A stretch of DNA of 61,569 bases, counting the filler. It is 5 parts of 5 records of this genome, joined end to end, with 100 filler letters (N's around TTAATTAATTAA, not from the genome) between each part and the next. Parts side by side here need not be neighbours in the genome. Positions count along the whole stretch, not along the records: positions 39,783 to 56,042 come from SRR2962707_1547; 4 more parts are not named here. One strand, written 5' to 3'. Made by a program: the position numbers and the translations under genes. Position 1 is the first letter of the stretch. Each line of letters starts with the position of its first letter. Shown one piece after another: positions 41,832 to 51,798 of the stretch. The notes under the pieces were generated by a model, which was not told the DNA's origin, searched no databases, and worked only from the letters and a program-made list of their open reading frames with translations.

Positions 41832-43085
41832 ATGGGTATAAAAAGACGTCAGTTGTTAGCCGGCGCGACAGGCCTCGGCGCCTTGGCCGCGCTCCATCCT
41901 TCACTGGTATGGGCCAAGGACAGCAAACCAATACGTATTGGGGCCATCTTCCCGATGTCCGGCATCGGCGCGGAAGCCGGCGCCGCCTGGCTGCAGGGCT
42001 CCCGCCTGGCGGTGGAACACTGGAACCGTAATGGCGGTGTGCTTGGGCGACCGATTGAACTGGTGGTCCGGGATGACAAGTACTCCAGCAGTGGCGCTGT
42101 TACCGCGGGCAGGGAATTGGCCACCAGCGGCGTCAATCTCATCGTCGGTGCCTGTCAGTCGCCGATGGCGTTGGGGCTGGCGCCTTTGCTGGAAGAGTTG
42201 AACGCCTTGTGCGTGGCGCCCACGCCGGCGGCCATGTCGCTGACCCACGAGAACTACAGCCGCAATCTGTTTCGCCTTTGCCCCAACGCTTACATGCTCT
42301 ACGCGGGACTGGGCCGCATGCTCGCGCAAAAACACCCGGACATTGATCACTGGGCCACCATTGTTTTTGACAGCGAATATGGCCATGACGCCATCCGCTA
42401 CTTTGAGTATGGCGTGCGCAGTGTGTCTGGAGACAGGGAGGTAACGTTTGATCGGCCTATCTACACACCGGTTCAGAAAACGGATTTCCAGGTGGAGATC
42501 AACCAGTTGATGAACTCGCCGGCGAAAGGCCTGTTCTGTGGTTTGATCGCCGCGCCCATCATCAGTTTCCTGCAGCAGGGGCGGAGTATCGGGCTGGATA
42601 GGAAGTTCGAAGTGATGGGCGAGTCGGGTACCGACCTGTTGATCGCCAAAGCGTTGAAGACCGCCATGCCCGACAACCTCTGGTCGGTCAGCTATTGGCA
42701 TCCGGAGAACTCTTTCTTTGCGAAAAACACCCTCAGCCAGCAACTATTCAAGGATTATGTCGAAGCCACTGATGATCGCTATCCGGTCGGGCTGTTAACC
42801 AGCAGTCATCGAGCCACCCAAGCTCTGCTCAGCGGCATCGAAAAGGCGGGTGACACCGACACCCAGACCGTGGTGGAGGCGATGGAAGGGCTCACCTTCG
42901 ACACCATCACCGGCCCCTATCATATCCGCAAGGAAGACCACCAAGGCTATGGCACCAGTGTTTACGCCCGGGTCGGACCCAAAGAAGACGAGCCGTACTA
43001 CGGACTGAATGACCTGGAAGTGGTGAACGACGAACAGACCATGGAGCCGCCGTCCCCGGGCGAGGCCTTCACATTGCCGGCATGA
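41832..43085 (+). CDS. ABC transporter substrate-binding protein (LivJ/HAAT type) with Tat signal
   Basis: MGIKRRQLLAG...LVWA; IRIGAIFPMSG, NRNGGVLGRPIELVVRDD. Confidence 0.9.
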   Translation: MGIKRRQLLAGATGLGALAALHPSLVWAKDSKPIRIGAIFPMSGIGAEAGAAWLQGSRLAVEHWNRNGGVLGRPIELVVRDDKYSSSGAVTAGRELATSGVNLIVGACQSPMALGLAPLLEELNALCVAPTPAAMSLTHENYSRNLFRLCPNAYMLYAGLGRMLAQKHPDIDHWATIVFDSEYGHDAIRYFEYGVRSVSGDREVTFDRPIYTPVQKTDFQVEINQLMNSPAKGLFCGLIAAPIISFLQQGRSIGLDRKFEVMGESGTDLLIAKALKTAMPDNLWSVSYWHPENSFFAKNTLSQQLFKDYVEATDDRYPVGLLTSSHRATQALLSGIEKAGDTDTQTVVEAMEGLTFDTITGPYHIRKEDHQGYGTSVYARVGPKEDEPYYGLNDLEVVNDEQTMEPPSPGEAFTLPA

Positions 43086-43165
43086 ACGGCGCCATGCCCC
43101 GGCGGTTTGGCGCGCCGTTCCGTTCCGGGGCCGTGGACTAACGCATCTCTATGCAGGAGGTCGCA

Positions 43166-45121
43166 GTGGCTACGCAGATGATTTTGGCGGTATTGAATGC
43201 CCTTTCCATGGGTATGGCGATCTTTCTGGTCGCCGCGGGTATCACTCTGATTTTTGGTCTGCTCAAGATTCTCAACATGGCACAAGGCGCCTTCTTCATG
43301 ATCGGCGCCTACCTGGCCTTCAGTATTATCGGACATCAACAGCTTTCGCTGCCGGCCTTCATCGGCGTGGCCCTGTTGGCGGGACTGGCGGTGGGGCTCT
43401 TGGGTCTGCTCACGGACCGGTTAATTTTGTCCAGACTGCGGCATGTGGATTACCACTACATGTTGATCGCCACTTTCGCGCTGATGATGGTCTGCCATGG
43501 TGTGGTCAAAGTAATCTGGGGCGTGAATTTCTTTTCGGTATTGCCGCCGAAAGGGTTGGATCAGCCCCTTCAGATAGGCACGATTTTTTTATCGCGCTAT
43601 TCCGTTTTCGTGATTGCCGCGGGCCTGGTGACCTACGCGATTCTGGAAATCGCCATTCACCGGTTGTGGGTGGGCAAACTGATGCAGTCCCTGGCCAGCA
43701 AGCCGTGGATGTGCGCGCTATTGGGAATCAATGTGTCGCTGGGGTTAACGCTCAGCGTGATGTTCGCCTTTTTCCTGGCCGGCTTTGCCGGCGGCCTGAT
43801 GCTGCCATTGCAGAGTCTCTCACCGCAGTTGGGTGATGCTTATCTGCTGTATGGTTTTTTCGCCATCATCATTGGCGGTCTGGGCAACATCCGGGGGGCC
43901 ATGCTGGGAGCCATTCTGCTGGGGCTGGTCAACAGCCTGAACACCATACTGTTACCGCAGTGGCCGGGCATCGCCATTTACGTGGTGCTGGCGGTTTTCC
44001 TGTTCTTCCGCCCGGAAGGGTTGTTTCCCAGTCTCGCCGCCCAGCCGGAGGACAGCAGCGATCAGAACGAAGCCGCCATGTCCGGTCCGGTATCCCATCG
44101 CAAGAACTGGTTTCGGGTCGGCTCGCTGCTCTTCGTGGCGGCACTCAGCTTACCTTTCTGGGCCGATGGCGGGCTGCTGTACATCGCCGGCAGCGCGGTG
44201 ATCTATGCGCTGTTCGCGTTGTCCTGGAACATTTTGTTCGGCTACACCGGGCTCGCGTCTTTCGGCCACGCGGCGTTCTTCGCCATCGGAGCTTATTTTA
44301 CCGGCGTGATGTTGCGCGATTGGCCGCAGGTGCCATTCCTGCTGATCCTACTGGGCTGTGGTGTGGCCGGAGCGCTGGTCGCCGGCTTGCTGGGTGCTCT
44401 GGCGCTGCGTCGTTTGGCCGGCATTTTTCTGGCGGTGTTGACCATCGCTTTGGCCGAGGTAACCCGTTTGCTGATCAGCTACAGCGATTTCCTTGGCCGG
44501 GAAGATGGACTGGTGGGTATTCCGCGACCAGTACTGGACGGTCTGGGCATCGACCTGAGTCGATCCTCCTCCTACTACTGGTTCCTGCTGGTGGCCGTGG
44601 CCCTGCTTATCGGCATGTTGTGGTGGATCCTGCATGGCCGATTCGGCCGTTTGCTGCTGATTACTCGTCAGGATCCCGATCGCGCCGCTTTTCTGGGCGT
44701 GAATGTGATCCGGGTGCGCACTATGTCTTTCATGCTGTCCGGGGCGGTGGCCGCCATCGCCGGCGGCCTGTACGCGCCCTGGGCGCGCATCGTGACACTG
44801 GAGCAGGTGAGCTTCCTGGCCTCCACGCAACCGGTGCTGAACGCCATGCTCGGTGGTGTCCATTCGTTTTGGGGGCCGTTGATCGGTGCTGGCATTTTTG
44901 CCGCCCTGGAGTATGGGACCCGCACTTTTGTCGGCCTTTCCGAAATGATGATGGGCGCGCTGCTGCTGTTGATCATTCTTGCCGCGCCTAACGGCGTGAT
45001 CGGACTGTGGCGTGCCTATACCACGGCCAAACGAGCCGGCACCACGGACAGGAAAGAGGGCAGTGTGACGCCGGAGGAAAACTCACCGAGGAGACTGGCG
45101 GATGGACATTCTCAAAGTTGA
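43166..45121 (+). CDS. Fused LivH-LivM type ABC permease
   Basis: LivH half (AAGITLIFGLLKILNMAQGAF, IIGGLGNIRGA), polar linker, LivM half (SWNILFGYTGLASFGHAAFFAIGAY, LGGVHSFWGP). AGGAGG precedes GTG 43166. Confidence 0.88.
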   Translation: MATQMILAVLNALSMGMAIFLVAAGITLIFGLLKILNMAQGAFFMIGAYLAFSIIGHQQLSLPAFIGVALLAGLAVGLLGLLTDRLILSRLRHVDYHYMLIATFALMMVCHGVVKVIWGVNFFSVLPPKGLDQPLQIGTIFLSRYSVFVIAAGLVTYAILEIAIHRLWVGKLMQSLASKPWMCALLGINVSLGLTLSVMFAFFLAGFAGGLMLPLQSLSPQLGDAYLLYGFFAIIIGGLGNIRGAMLGAILLGLVNSLNTILLPQWPGIAIYVVLAVFLFFRPEGLFPSLAAQPEDSSDQNEAAMSGPVSHRKNWFRVGSLLFVAALSLPFWADGGLLYIAGSAVIYALFALSWNILFGYTGLASFGHAAFFAIGAYFTGVMLRDWPQVPFLLILLGCGVAGALVAGLLGALALRRLAGIFLAVLTIALAEVTRLLISYSDFLGREDGLVGIPRPVLDGLGIDLSRSSSYYWFLLVAVALLIGMLWWILHGRFGRLLLITRQDPDRAAFLGVNVIRVRTMSFMLSGAVAAIAGGLYAPWARIVTLEQVSFLASTQPVLNAMLGGVHSFWGPLIGAGIFAALEYGTRTFVGLSEMMMGALLLLIILAAPNGVIGLWRAYTTAKRAGTTDRKEGSVTPEENSPRRLADGHSQS

Positions 45122-45869
45122 TCAGGTTTGTAAAAGCTATGGGGCTTTGGAAGTACTCAAGCAGGTCTCCCTGGCGGTTTCTCAAGGCAGCATCTTCGCC
45201 ATCATCGGTCCCAATGGTGCCGGTAAGACCACGTTGTTCAAGGTCATGACCGGCGAGAGTCCCGCTAATGGCGGTTCGGTCTGGTTTCATGGCGAGGATG
45301 TGACGTCCGCGCCGGCCCACCGCCGCGCCCGCGCGGGTATTGGACGAACCTTCCAGGTGGCCAGGGTGTTCAACGACTTTTCCGTACGTGAGAACGTAAT
45401 CGCGGCGGTGGAAGCCCGGCGCCGTAATCAGCGTCAATCCCTGGGTCGTTGGTGGGCGATCAAACCGGATTCGGCGGTGGTGTCGGAAGCGGAGGCGTTG
45501 ATCGATGAAATTGGTCTGGACGGATCGGAGGATGTGGCCGCGCGTTTTCTATCCCATGGGGACCGAAAACGTCTCGAGTTCGTCATCGCCCTGGCTTTGC
45601 AGCCCAGGCTGTTGATGCTGGATGAACCCACCGCCGGCATGTCTCCCGCCGACCGGCTGGGAATCGCCGAGCTGATTGTACGGATTCGCGATCGCCTGGG
45701 CGTCACCGTGGTGATGACCGAGCACGACATGGACATTGTTTTCAAGTTGGCCGACCGCGTGCTGGTGCTCAATTACGGTGAAGTGGTGGTAACCGGCACG
45801 GTCGAGGAAATCCGGGGCAATCCCGCGGTTCAGGAAGTCTATCTCGGCAAGGAGGTGCTGCATGCTTGA
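45102..45869 (+). CDS. ABC ATPase (LivG-like)
   Basis: GPNGAGKTT, GRTFQ, LSHGDRKRLE, LDEPTAG, EHDMD. Confidence 0.92.
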   Translation: MDILKVDQVCKSYGALEVLKQVSLAVSQGSIFAIIGPNGAGKTTLFKVMTGESPANGGSVWFHGEDVTSAPAHRRARAGIGRTFQVARVFNDFSVRENVIAAVEARRRNQRQSLGRWWAIKPDSAVVSEAEALIDEIGLDGSEDVAARFLSHGDRKRLEFVIALALQPRLLMLDEPTAGMSPADRLGIAELIVRIRDRLGVTVVMTEHDMDIVFKLADRVLVLNYGEVVVTGTVEEIRGNPAVQEVYLGKEVLHA

Positions 45870-46563
45870 AGTGCGAGATCTGAACGCTTTCTACGGCGAT
45901 GCGCACATTCTTCACAATGTTGCTCTGCAAGTGGAAGCCGGGCAGCGCGTGGCGTTGTTGGGGCGTAACGGCGCGGGTAAGTCCACTTTCCTCAAGAGTG
46001 TCATGAACGCCGGGCCCGGCGTGAACGGTTCAGTCCGGTTTGAAGGAAAAAACCTGGGCAATCTGCCGTCGTATCAGCGCGCCCGGCTGGGTATTGCTCT
46101 GGTACCGGAGGATCGTCAGATCATTCCCCATCTCAGTGTGCTGGAAAACATCGCCATGGCCGGTCACGCCCGGTCCGGCCGCCCGGCGCTGACACCAGGC
46201 CAGATCGCCGAGCACTTTTCCATGCTGGAGCCCTTGGTGAAACGTTACGGAGGTCAGCTTAGCGGCGGCCAGCAGCAGCTGTTGGCCATCGCCCGTGCCT
46301 TTGCCGGGGCGCCGAAACTGTTGTTTCTGGACGAGCCCACGGAGGGCCTGGCGCCAATCATCGTGCAAGGCATGGTGGATGAGATCCTGGACATCTGCGC
46401 CAACAATGGCACGGCCTTGTTGTTGTGTGAGCAGAACATCTGGTTTTCCAGAGCCTGCACCGATTATGTCTACATCATTGATACCGGCAAACTGGTGTTT
46501 CACGGTGACTGGCGGGCTTTCGACGCCAATCCCGAGATTACCCAACGGTATCTTTCGGTATGA
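45862..46563 (+). CDS. ABC ATPase (LivF-like)
   Basis: GRNGAGKST, LSGGQQQ, LDEPTEGLAP, EQN. Confidence 0.92.
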   Translation: MLEVRDLNAFYGDAHILHNVALQVEAGQRVALLGRNGAGKSTFLKSVMNAGPGVNGSVRFEGKNLGNLPSYQRARLGIALVPEDRQIIPHLSVLENIAMAGHARSGRPALTPGQIAEHFSMLEPLVKRYGGQLSGGQQQLLAIARAFAGAPKLLFLDEPTEGLAPIIVQGMVDEILDICANNGTALLLCEQNIWFSRACTDYVYIIDTGKLVFHGDWRAFDANPEITQRYLSV

Positions 46564-46594
46564 CCGGCCAACGGTATCGGAGGAGAGTAGCACC

Positions 46595-47818
46595 ATGAAA
46601 GGCGCTTTGAACGGTATACGAGTGCTTGATCTGTCCCGGTTCGTGGCCGGTCCCTATTGCGCGATGATGCTAGCGGACATGGGCGCGGAGGTGATCAAGA
46701 TCGAACGGCCGGGCCCTGGCGAGGTGGCGCGGGGCATTGAGCCGGGAGTGGATGGTCAGAGTTATTACTCCTTTGTCGTCAATCGCAACAAACTCGGCCT
46801 CACTCTGGACTACCGGCAACCCGCCGGCCGTGATCTGTTGCGTGAGCTGGTGGCCGAAGCGGATGTATTGGTGGAGAACTTCCGCCCCGGTGTGATGGAA
46901 GCCATGGGGTGTGGCTGGGATGTGCTCAGTGCCATCAACCCGCGCCTGGTGATGGCGCGCATCTCCGGCTTTGGTCAAAGTGGACCGCTGGCCAACAAAC
47001 AGTGTTTCGATGCCGTGGCTCAGGCAATGAGCGGGCTGATGGACATGACCGGCGATCCCGCCGGTCCACCCATGCTCACTGGAACCACGGTGATTGATTA
47101 CACCACCGGCATGTACGCCGCCATGGGCGTCCTCGCCGCCATTAATGCCCGCCATCAAACCGGGCAGGGGCAGGTGGTGGACGTCGCCTTGCTCGACAGC
47201 GCCGTATCCCTGCTGCTCAGTGCCATACCCGAGCGCGCCCACGGTGATACAGCGATTACTCGTCGAGGGAATCGGGATCGCTTCTGCGCGCCTTCCAATA
47301 CCTTCCAGACCCGGGACCGGCGCTGGGTGCTGATCAACTGCGCCGATGATCCCATGTTCGAGCGCCTTGCCGCCGCCATGGGGCGGCCGGAACTGATCTC
47401 GGATCCCTGCTTTGAAAGCCGCCCCCGCCGCGTGGAGAACCGCGACCGGATCGAGGCGATGACCGGAACATGGGTGGCCGGTCTGAGCGCCCGGGAAGTG
47501 GAGGCGCAATTGGAGCAGGCCAATGTGCCCTGTGCCGTGGTGGCCACCATCGATGATGTTCTGGACAACGAGCAGCTGCGGCACCGGGGACAGATCACCG
47601 AAGTCGCTCATCAGAGCGGCAAGAAAGTCATCACCCAGGGAGTGACGATGCAACTGTCGGACACGCCGTTGAGCATTCGCTCGGCATTGCCCTACGTGGG
47701 TGAACATTCCGGCCAGGTGCTGTCCTCCTGGCTGGGCTATTCGGAGCAGCGCATTGGCGCGCTGGCCGAACAAGGCATCATTTCCGTGACTCGTTCGGAG
47801 AAACATTATGCGTCTTAG
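46595..47818 (+). CDS. Class III CoA-transferase (CaiB/BaiF family)
   Basis: GIRVLDLSRFVAGP, LADMGAEVIKIE, NRNK, ADVLVENFRPG, catalytic Asp in VIDYTTG. RBS GGAGGAG before ATG 46595. Confidence 0.92.
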   Translation: MKGALNGIRVLDLSRFVAGPYCAMMLADMGAEVIKIERPGPGEVARGIEPGVDGQSYYSFVVNRNKLGLTLDYRQPAGRDLLRELVAEADVLVENFRPGVMEAMGCGWDVLSAINPRLVMARISGFGQSGPLANKQCFDAVAQAMSGLMDMTGDPAGPPMLTGTTVIDYTTGMYAAMGVLAAINARHQTGQGQVVDVALLDSAVSLLLSAIPERAHGDTAITRRGNRDRFCAPSNTFQTRDRRWVLINCADDPMFERLAAAMGRPELISDPCFESRPRRVENRDRIEAMTGTWVAGLSAREVEAQLEQANVPCAVVATIDDVLDNEQLRHRGQITEVAHQSGKKVITQGVTMQLSDTPLSIRSALPYVGEHSGQVLSSWLGYSEQRIGALAEQGIISVTRSEKHYAS

Positions 47819-48575
47819 ATTACGACAACTGTGCCTGGTGGCGGACAAACTCGAGCCCGTGGTGGAGGATCTGAAAGCGGTATTCGGCCTTGATGTCTGT
47901 TTCAGGGATCCTGGTGTCGGCAAATTCGGGCTGCACAATGCCCTGCTGGCAGTGGGGCCGACTTTCATCGAGATCGTGGCGCCGGTTCAGGAAAACACCA
48001 CCGCCGGTCGCTACCTGCAAAAGCGCGGCGGCGATGGCGGCTACATGGTGATCCATGACACCGATGATCTGGAGGGGTGGGCGGCGCATCTGTCCGAGTT
48101 AAATATCCGCATCGCCGCGGCCCTGGAACACGGCGATTACCGGGGCTTGCAACTGCACCCCGGCGACACCGGCGGCGCCTTGTTGGAGATCAACACCACC
48201 AAGGGCGGTGATCAACTCGATGACGCTTACGGTCCCGCCGGTCCGGATTGGCAGTCCCACGTCCGGCAGGAACGGGTTAAGGGCATTGCCGCCGCCGAAT
48301 TACAGAGCGCGGACCCGGAACGACTGGCCCGCCGGTGGTCGGAAGTGCTGCGGCGGCCCTGTGAGGCGGTGCCGGCTGGGTTTGAGGTGACACTGGATCA
48401 CGGCCGTCTCCGGTTCGTGCAAGCCCGCGACGGTCGGGGTGAAGGTCTGGGTGGTCTGGACATTCAGGTGCAGGACGCGAAGGCAGTGCAGGCACAGGCC
48501 CGCGCCCGTGATTTGCCGGTCAGCGACGACACCGTGGTGATTGGCGGCATGCGCTTTTATCTCGTTTCCCCCTGA
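47808..48575 (+). CDS. VOC/glyoxalase-like protein, paralog of 10473-11267, overlapping the CoA-transferase stop
   Basis: RQLCLV...FIEIVAP...GRYLQKRGGDGGYMVIH...LHPGDTGGALLEI...DGRGEGL. Confidence 0.82.
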   Translation: MRLRLRQLCLVADKLEPVVEDLKAVFGLDVCFRDPGVGKFGLHNALLAVGPTFIEIVAPVQENTTAGRYLQKRGGDGGYMVIHDTDDLEGWAAHLSELNIRIAAALEHGDYRGLQLHPGDTGGALLEINTTKGGDQLDDAYGPAGPDWQSHVRQERVKGIAAAELQSADPERLARRWSEVLRRPCEAVPAGFEVTLDHGRLRFVQARDGRGEGLGGLDIQVQDAKAVQAQARARDLPVSDDTVVIGGMRFYLVSP

Positions 48576-48608
48576 CCACGGACAGGCGCAATTGCCGGGA
48601 GGCTTTGT

Positions 48609-49772
48609 ATGGATCTGAATTACAGTGAAGAACAAAACATGCTGCGGGAAAGCGTGGCCCGCTTCGTTCGTGACCGTTACGACTTCGCCCAGCGGCAGCA
48701 ATGTCTGAGCGCGGGGGAGGGTGCCGCGTTCTGGTCACGGTTCGCTGAGCTGGGCTGGCTGGCGATACCATTCAGCGAGGATCAGGGCGGCATTGGCGGT
48801 GGCGCCGTGGAGGTGGGCATCGTCATGGAAGGCCTGGGACGGGCCCTGGCCCTGGAGCCCTATCTGGCGCATATGGTGGCCACCCAATTGCTCGCCAGGG
48901 TGGCGAAGGAGTCGGTGAACGCACGCCATTTACCGGCGGCGCTGGCCGGCGAAAGCCGTCTTGCGCTGGCCTTTTCCGAAGCGGGAGGCCGCTACCATCC
49001 CGCCTTTTGTACCACCAGCGCTTCCCCTCTGGGGGACCGCTATGTGATTCAAGGGGCCAAAAGCGTGGTCCCGGGCGGACAGCATGCGGACCTTTACCTG
49101 GTGGTGGCGCGCACCGCCGGCCAAGCCAGGGATGAACACGGCCTGACGTTCTTTTTGCTGGAGCGCGATCATCCCGCTCTGCGGGTGCGTGAGTATCAGA
49201 CTAACGATGGCACCGGTGCCGCGGACCTGACTTTCGAACAGCTTGAGGTGAGCGGCGACGCTCGCATTGGTGAGCTCCATGGTGCCTATGCCGAACTGGA
49301 ATGGGCGTTGGACCTGGGGGTGGCCTATCAGGGCTGGGAGGCGGTGGGTGCCATGTCAGCGCTGTCCGACGCCACCTTGGAATACCTCAACACCCGCAAG
49401 CAATTCGGTAAACCCCTGGGTGCCAATCAAGCGTTGACGCATCGCATGGTGGATCTGTTCATCGCCGTGGAGGAAAGCCGCTCCAGCGTGCTGCGCGCCG
49501 CCCTGGCGATGGACGCGGAATCGCCGACCCGGCGGCGGCGCGAGTTGTCGCTGAGCAAAATCGCCGTTGATCGTTGTGCCCGCTTCGTCGGCCAGACCGC
49601 GGTTCAGTTGCACGGTGCCATGGGGGTCACCAACGAATTGCCGGTGGGGCATTACTTCAAACGTCTCACCGCCATCACCGCCACCTTCGGTGACAGCGAA
49701 TGGCACGCCCGGCGCATCCACCGGTTGGATAGTGCCTCCTCCCGTGAAGCAGGAGTGGAACATGGACATTAA
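48609..49772 (+). CDS. Acyl-CoA dehydrogenase, PimD-like (non-catalytic) subunit
   Basis: MDLNYSEEQNML, ALAFSEAGGRY, RKQFGKPLG, QLHGAMGVTNE, FGDSEWH. No catalytic ER or YGGxNE motif. Confidence 0.85.
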   Translation: MDLNYSEEQNMLRESVARFVRDRYDFAQRQQCLSAGEGAAFWSRFAELGWLAIPFSEDQGGIGGGAVEVGIVMEGLGRALALEPYLAHMVATQLLARVAKESVNARHLPAALAGESRLALAFSEAGGRYHPAFCTTSASPLGDRYVIQGAKSVVPGGQHADLYLVVARTAGQARDEHGLTFFLLERDHPALRVREYQTNDGTGAADLTFEQLEVSGDARIGELHGAYAELEWALDLGVAYQGWEAVGAMSALSDATLEYLNTRKQFGKPLGANQALTHRMVDLFIAVEESRSSVLRAALAMDAESPTRRRRELSLSKIAVDRCARFVGQTAVQLHGAMGVTNELPVGHYFKRLTAITATFGDSEWHARRIHRLDSASSREAGVEHGH

Positions 49773-50961
49773 TCTTTCTCCGGAACAGCAGCGATTCGCT
49801 GAGCAGGTGCGGGAATTCATCAGTCGCAACCTGCCTCGGGATATTGCTGAAAAAGTCCGCCGCGACCAACATCTGGACCGGGACGATCATATGCGTTGGC
49901 AGCAGATCCTCGGCAAACAGGGTTGGCATGCCTTTACCTGGCCGGAACAATATGGCGGCCCGGGCTGGTCGGTGATACAGCGGTATTTGTTTGAAGTGAT
50001 CAGCGCGGAAATGGACTGTCCGATTATCCAGCCCTTCGGGCCGCGCATGGCCGGTCCGGTGATCTATACCTTCGGTACGGAACAACAAAAAGAGCGGTTC
50101 CTGCCCGGCATTCGCGACTCCAGTGTCTGGTGGTGCCAGGGCTATTCCGAACCCCAGGCCGGTTCCGACCTGGCTTCATTGTCCACCTGGGCGGAGGACA
50201 AGGGCGATCATTACCTGGTGAACGGCCAAAAAATCTGGACCTCCTATGCCCACCACGCGGACTGGATGTTCTGCCTGGTGCGCACCTCGAAAGGCGAACG
50301 GCCACAACAGGGCATCTCCTTTGTGTTGATCGACATGCGCACCCCGGGCGTGGATGTGCAGCCCATTCTAATGCTTGAAGGCACTCATTCGTTCAACACC
50401 GTGTTTCTAGAAAACGTCAAAGTGCCCAAGGAAAATCTCATTGGAGAACAGGACAAGGGCTGGACCTACGCCAAATTCCTGCTCGAACACGAGCGGGTGG
50501 ACAATGCCGCCATCGGTGTGACCAAAGCGGCGTTGCGCCGGCTCAAACGTATCGCCAGCGAAGAAATTGCCGACGACGGCGGCCCGCTGATCCAGGATCC
50601 GTTGTTTCACCGGAAACTGGTGGAGGTGGAAGCGCAATTGCAGTCTCTCGAAGTCACCGCGTTGAGGGTTCTGTCCCAGGTGGCCAGTGGCGAGGCGCCG
50701 GGACCGGTGGCGTCGCTGTTGAAGATACGCGGTACGGAGATCGCTCAGCGCATCAGTGAGCTGGCTGCCGAGGCGGTGGGCGTTTTCTGTCTGCCTTACC
50801 AGCCGGACTATCTGCATGATGCCAGCGCAGAGCAGCCGGTGGGCCCGAAGCATGCCGCCACCGCCGCCAATAACTATCTGTGGCGCCGCTGCATGTCCAT
50901 CTATGGCGGCACCAATGAGATTCAGAGAGAGATCATCGCCAAGCGGGTGCTGGAATTATAG
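49762..50961 (+). CDS. Acyl-CoA dehydrogenase, PimC-like catalytic subunit
   Basis: MDINLSPEQQRF, WWCQGYSEPQAGSDLASL, AKFLLEHER, SIYGGTNEIQREIIAK. RBS AGGAG before ATG 49762. Confidence 0.9.
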   Translation: MDINLSPEQQRFAEQVREFISRNLPRDIAEKVRRDQHLDRDDHMRWQQILGKQGWHAFTWPEQYGGPGWSVIQRYLFEVISAEMDCPIIQPFGPRMAGPVIYTFGTEQQKERFLPGIRDSSVWWCQGYSEPQAGSDLASLSTWAEDKGDHYLVNGQKIWTSYAHHADWMFCLVRTSKGERPQQGISFVLIDMRTPGVDVQPILMLEGTHSFNTVFLENVKVPKENLIGEQDKGWTYAKFLLEHERVDNAAIGVTKAALRRLKRIASEEIADDGGPLIQDPLFHRKLVEVEAQLQSLEVTALRVLSQVASGEAPGPVASLLKIRGTEIAQRISELAAEAVGVFCLPYQPDYLHDASAEQPVGPKHAATAANNYLWRRCMSIYGGTNEIQREIIAKRVLEL

Positions 50962-50992
50962 GCAACGTGAGGGCCGGGTGACCTGGTGTGGC

Positions 50993-51715
50993 TCAGTCGC
51001 TTCCCTGTTCCTTGGAGAGACGTTCTTCCAGATAGCTCAGAATGAGGTTGGAACTGGCGAGAATATCTTCCTGGATACTGCTCCTGGCCTGTTCGCCGTC
51101 GCGTTTACGCAGGGCCTGGAGCACAGCGAGGTGAGGGTGAGTTTCGCGGGGTTCGCAGGGCGGGTGGGCGGTGAAGGCATTGACCGTCGGACCACATTGC
51201 AACCACAGATTGCGGACGATGCGGGAGAGAAACGGCATATCGGCCAAGTCACACAGACTTTGGTGGAAATGCACGTTTTCGCTCATCATCGCCAGATAAT
51301 CCTTTGCTTCCTTGGCGTTGCACAACTGGTTATGGATTTGTTCCAGCTGATCGATATCCGTGCCTCTGGCCAATTGGGCGGCACGCCAGGCCGCTTCGCC
51401 TTCCAGCATGACGCGCAGGTCGCGGATCTCTTTGTAGCGTTCTGGCGGCAGGATCGCCACCCGCACGGAACGTCTGTCTACTTGTGAGAGCACTCCGGAA
51501 GACACCAGCCGGGCCAGTGCTTCCCGCACCGGTGTCTGGCTGATGCCCAATTCCTCGGAGATTTCCTTCAGCTTGATCTTCTCGCCAGGTTGGAAGCGGC
51601 CGCTCATCAGCGCCTGCCGGAGATAGCGGTGCGCCTGAGCGCTGAGGCTGTCCTTGGTCAGACCCACCGGGGCCTCGGGCGGGCGAGGCGTCTGTGAAGA
51701 CATGAAGGCACTCAC
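50993..51715 (-). CDS. GntR family regulator (FCD domain)
   Basis: GRFQPGEKI...ELGISQTPVREALARL, EIRDLRVMLE, NVHFH, HLAVLQAL. Exact start uncertain (GTG 51715 or ATG 51703). Confidence 0.92.
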   Translation of the reverse strand: MSAFMSSQTPRPPEAPVGLTKDSLSAQAHRYLRQALMSGRFQPGEKIKLKEISEELGISQTPVREALARLVSSGVLSQVDRRSVRVAILPPERYKEIRDLRVMLEGEAAWRAAQLARGTDIDQLEQIHNQLCNAKEAKDYLAMMSENVHFHQSLCDLADMPFLSRIVRNLWLQCGPTVNAFTAHPPCEPRETHPHLAVLQALRKRDGEQARSSIQEDILASSNLILSYLEERLSKEQGSD

Positions 51716-51745
51716 TTTTATATTTGACAGAAAATTAAGGGCGCG

Positions 51746-51774
51746 AATCTAGTATGGCGCCCCCGATCCGTCAA
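51746..51774 (-). promoter_or_regulatory. Sigma70-like promoter for the GntR gene
   Basis: Minus strand TTGACG-N17-TAGATT. Confidence 0.6.
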
Positions 51775-51798
51775 GGCGGAAACCGGAAAGAGCAGGGC

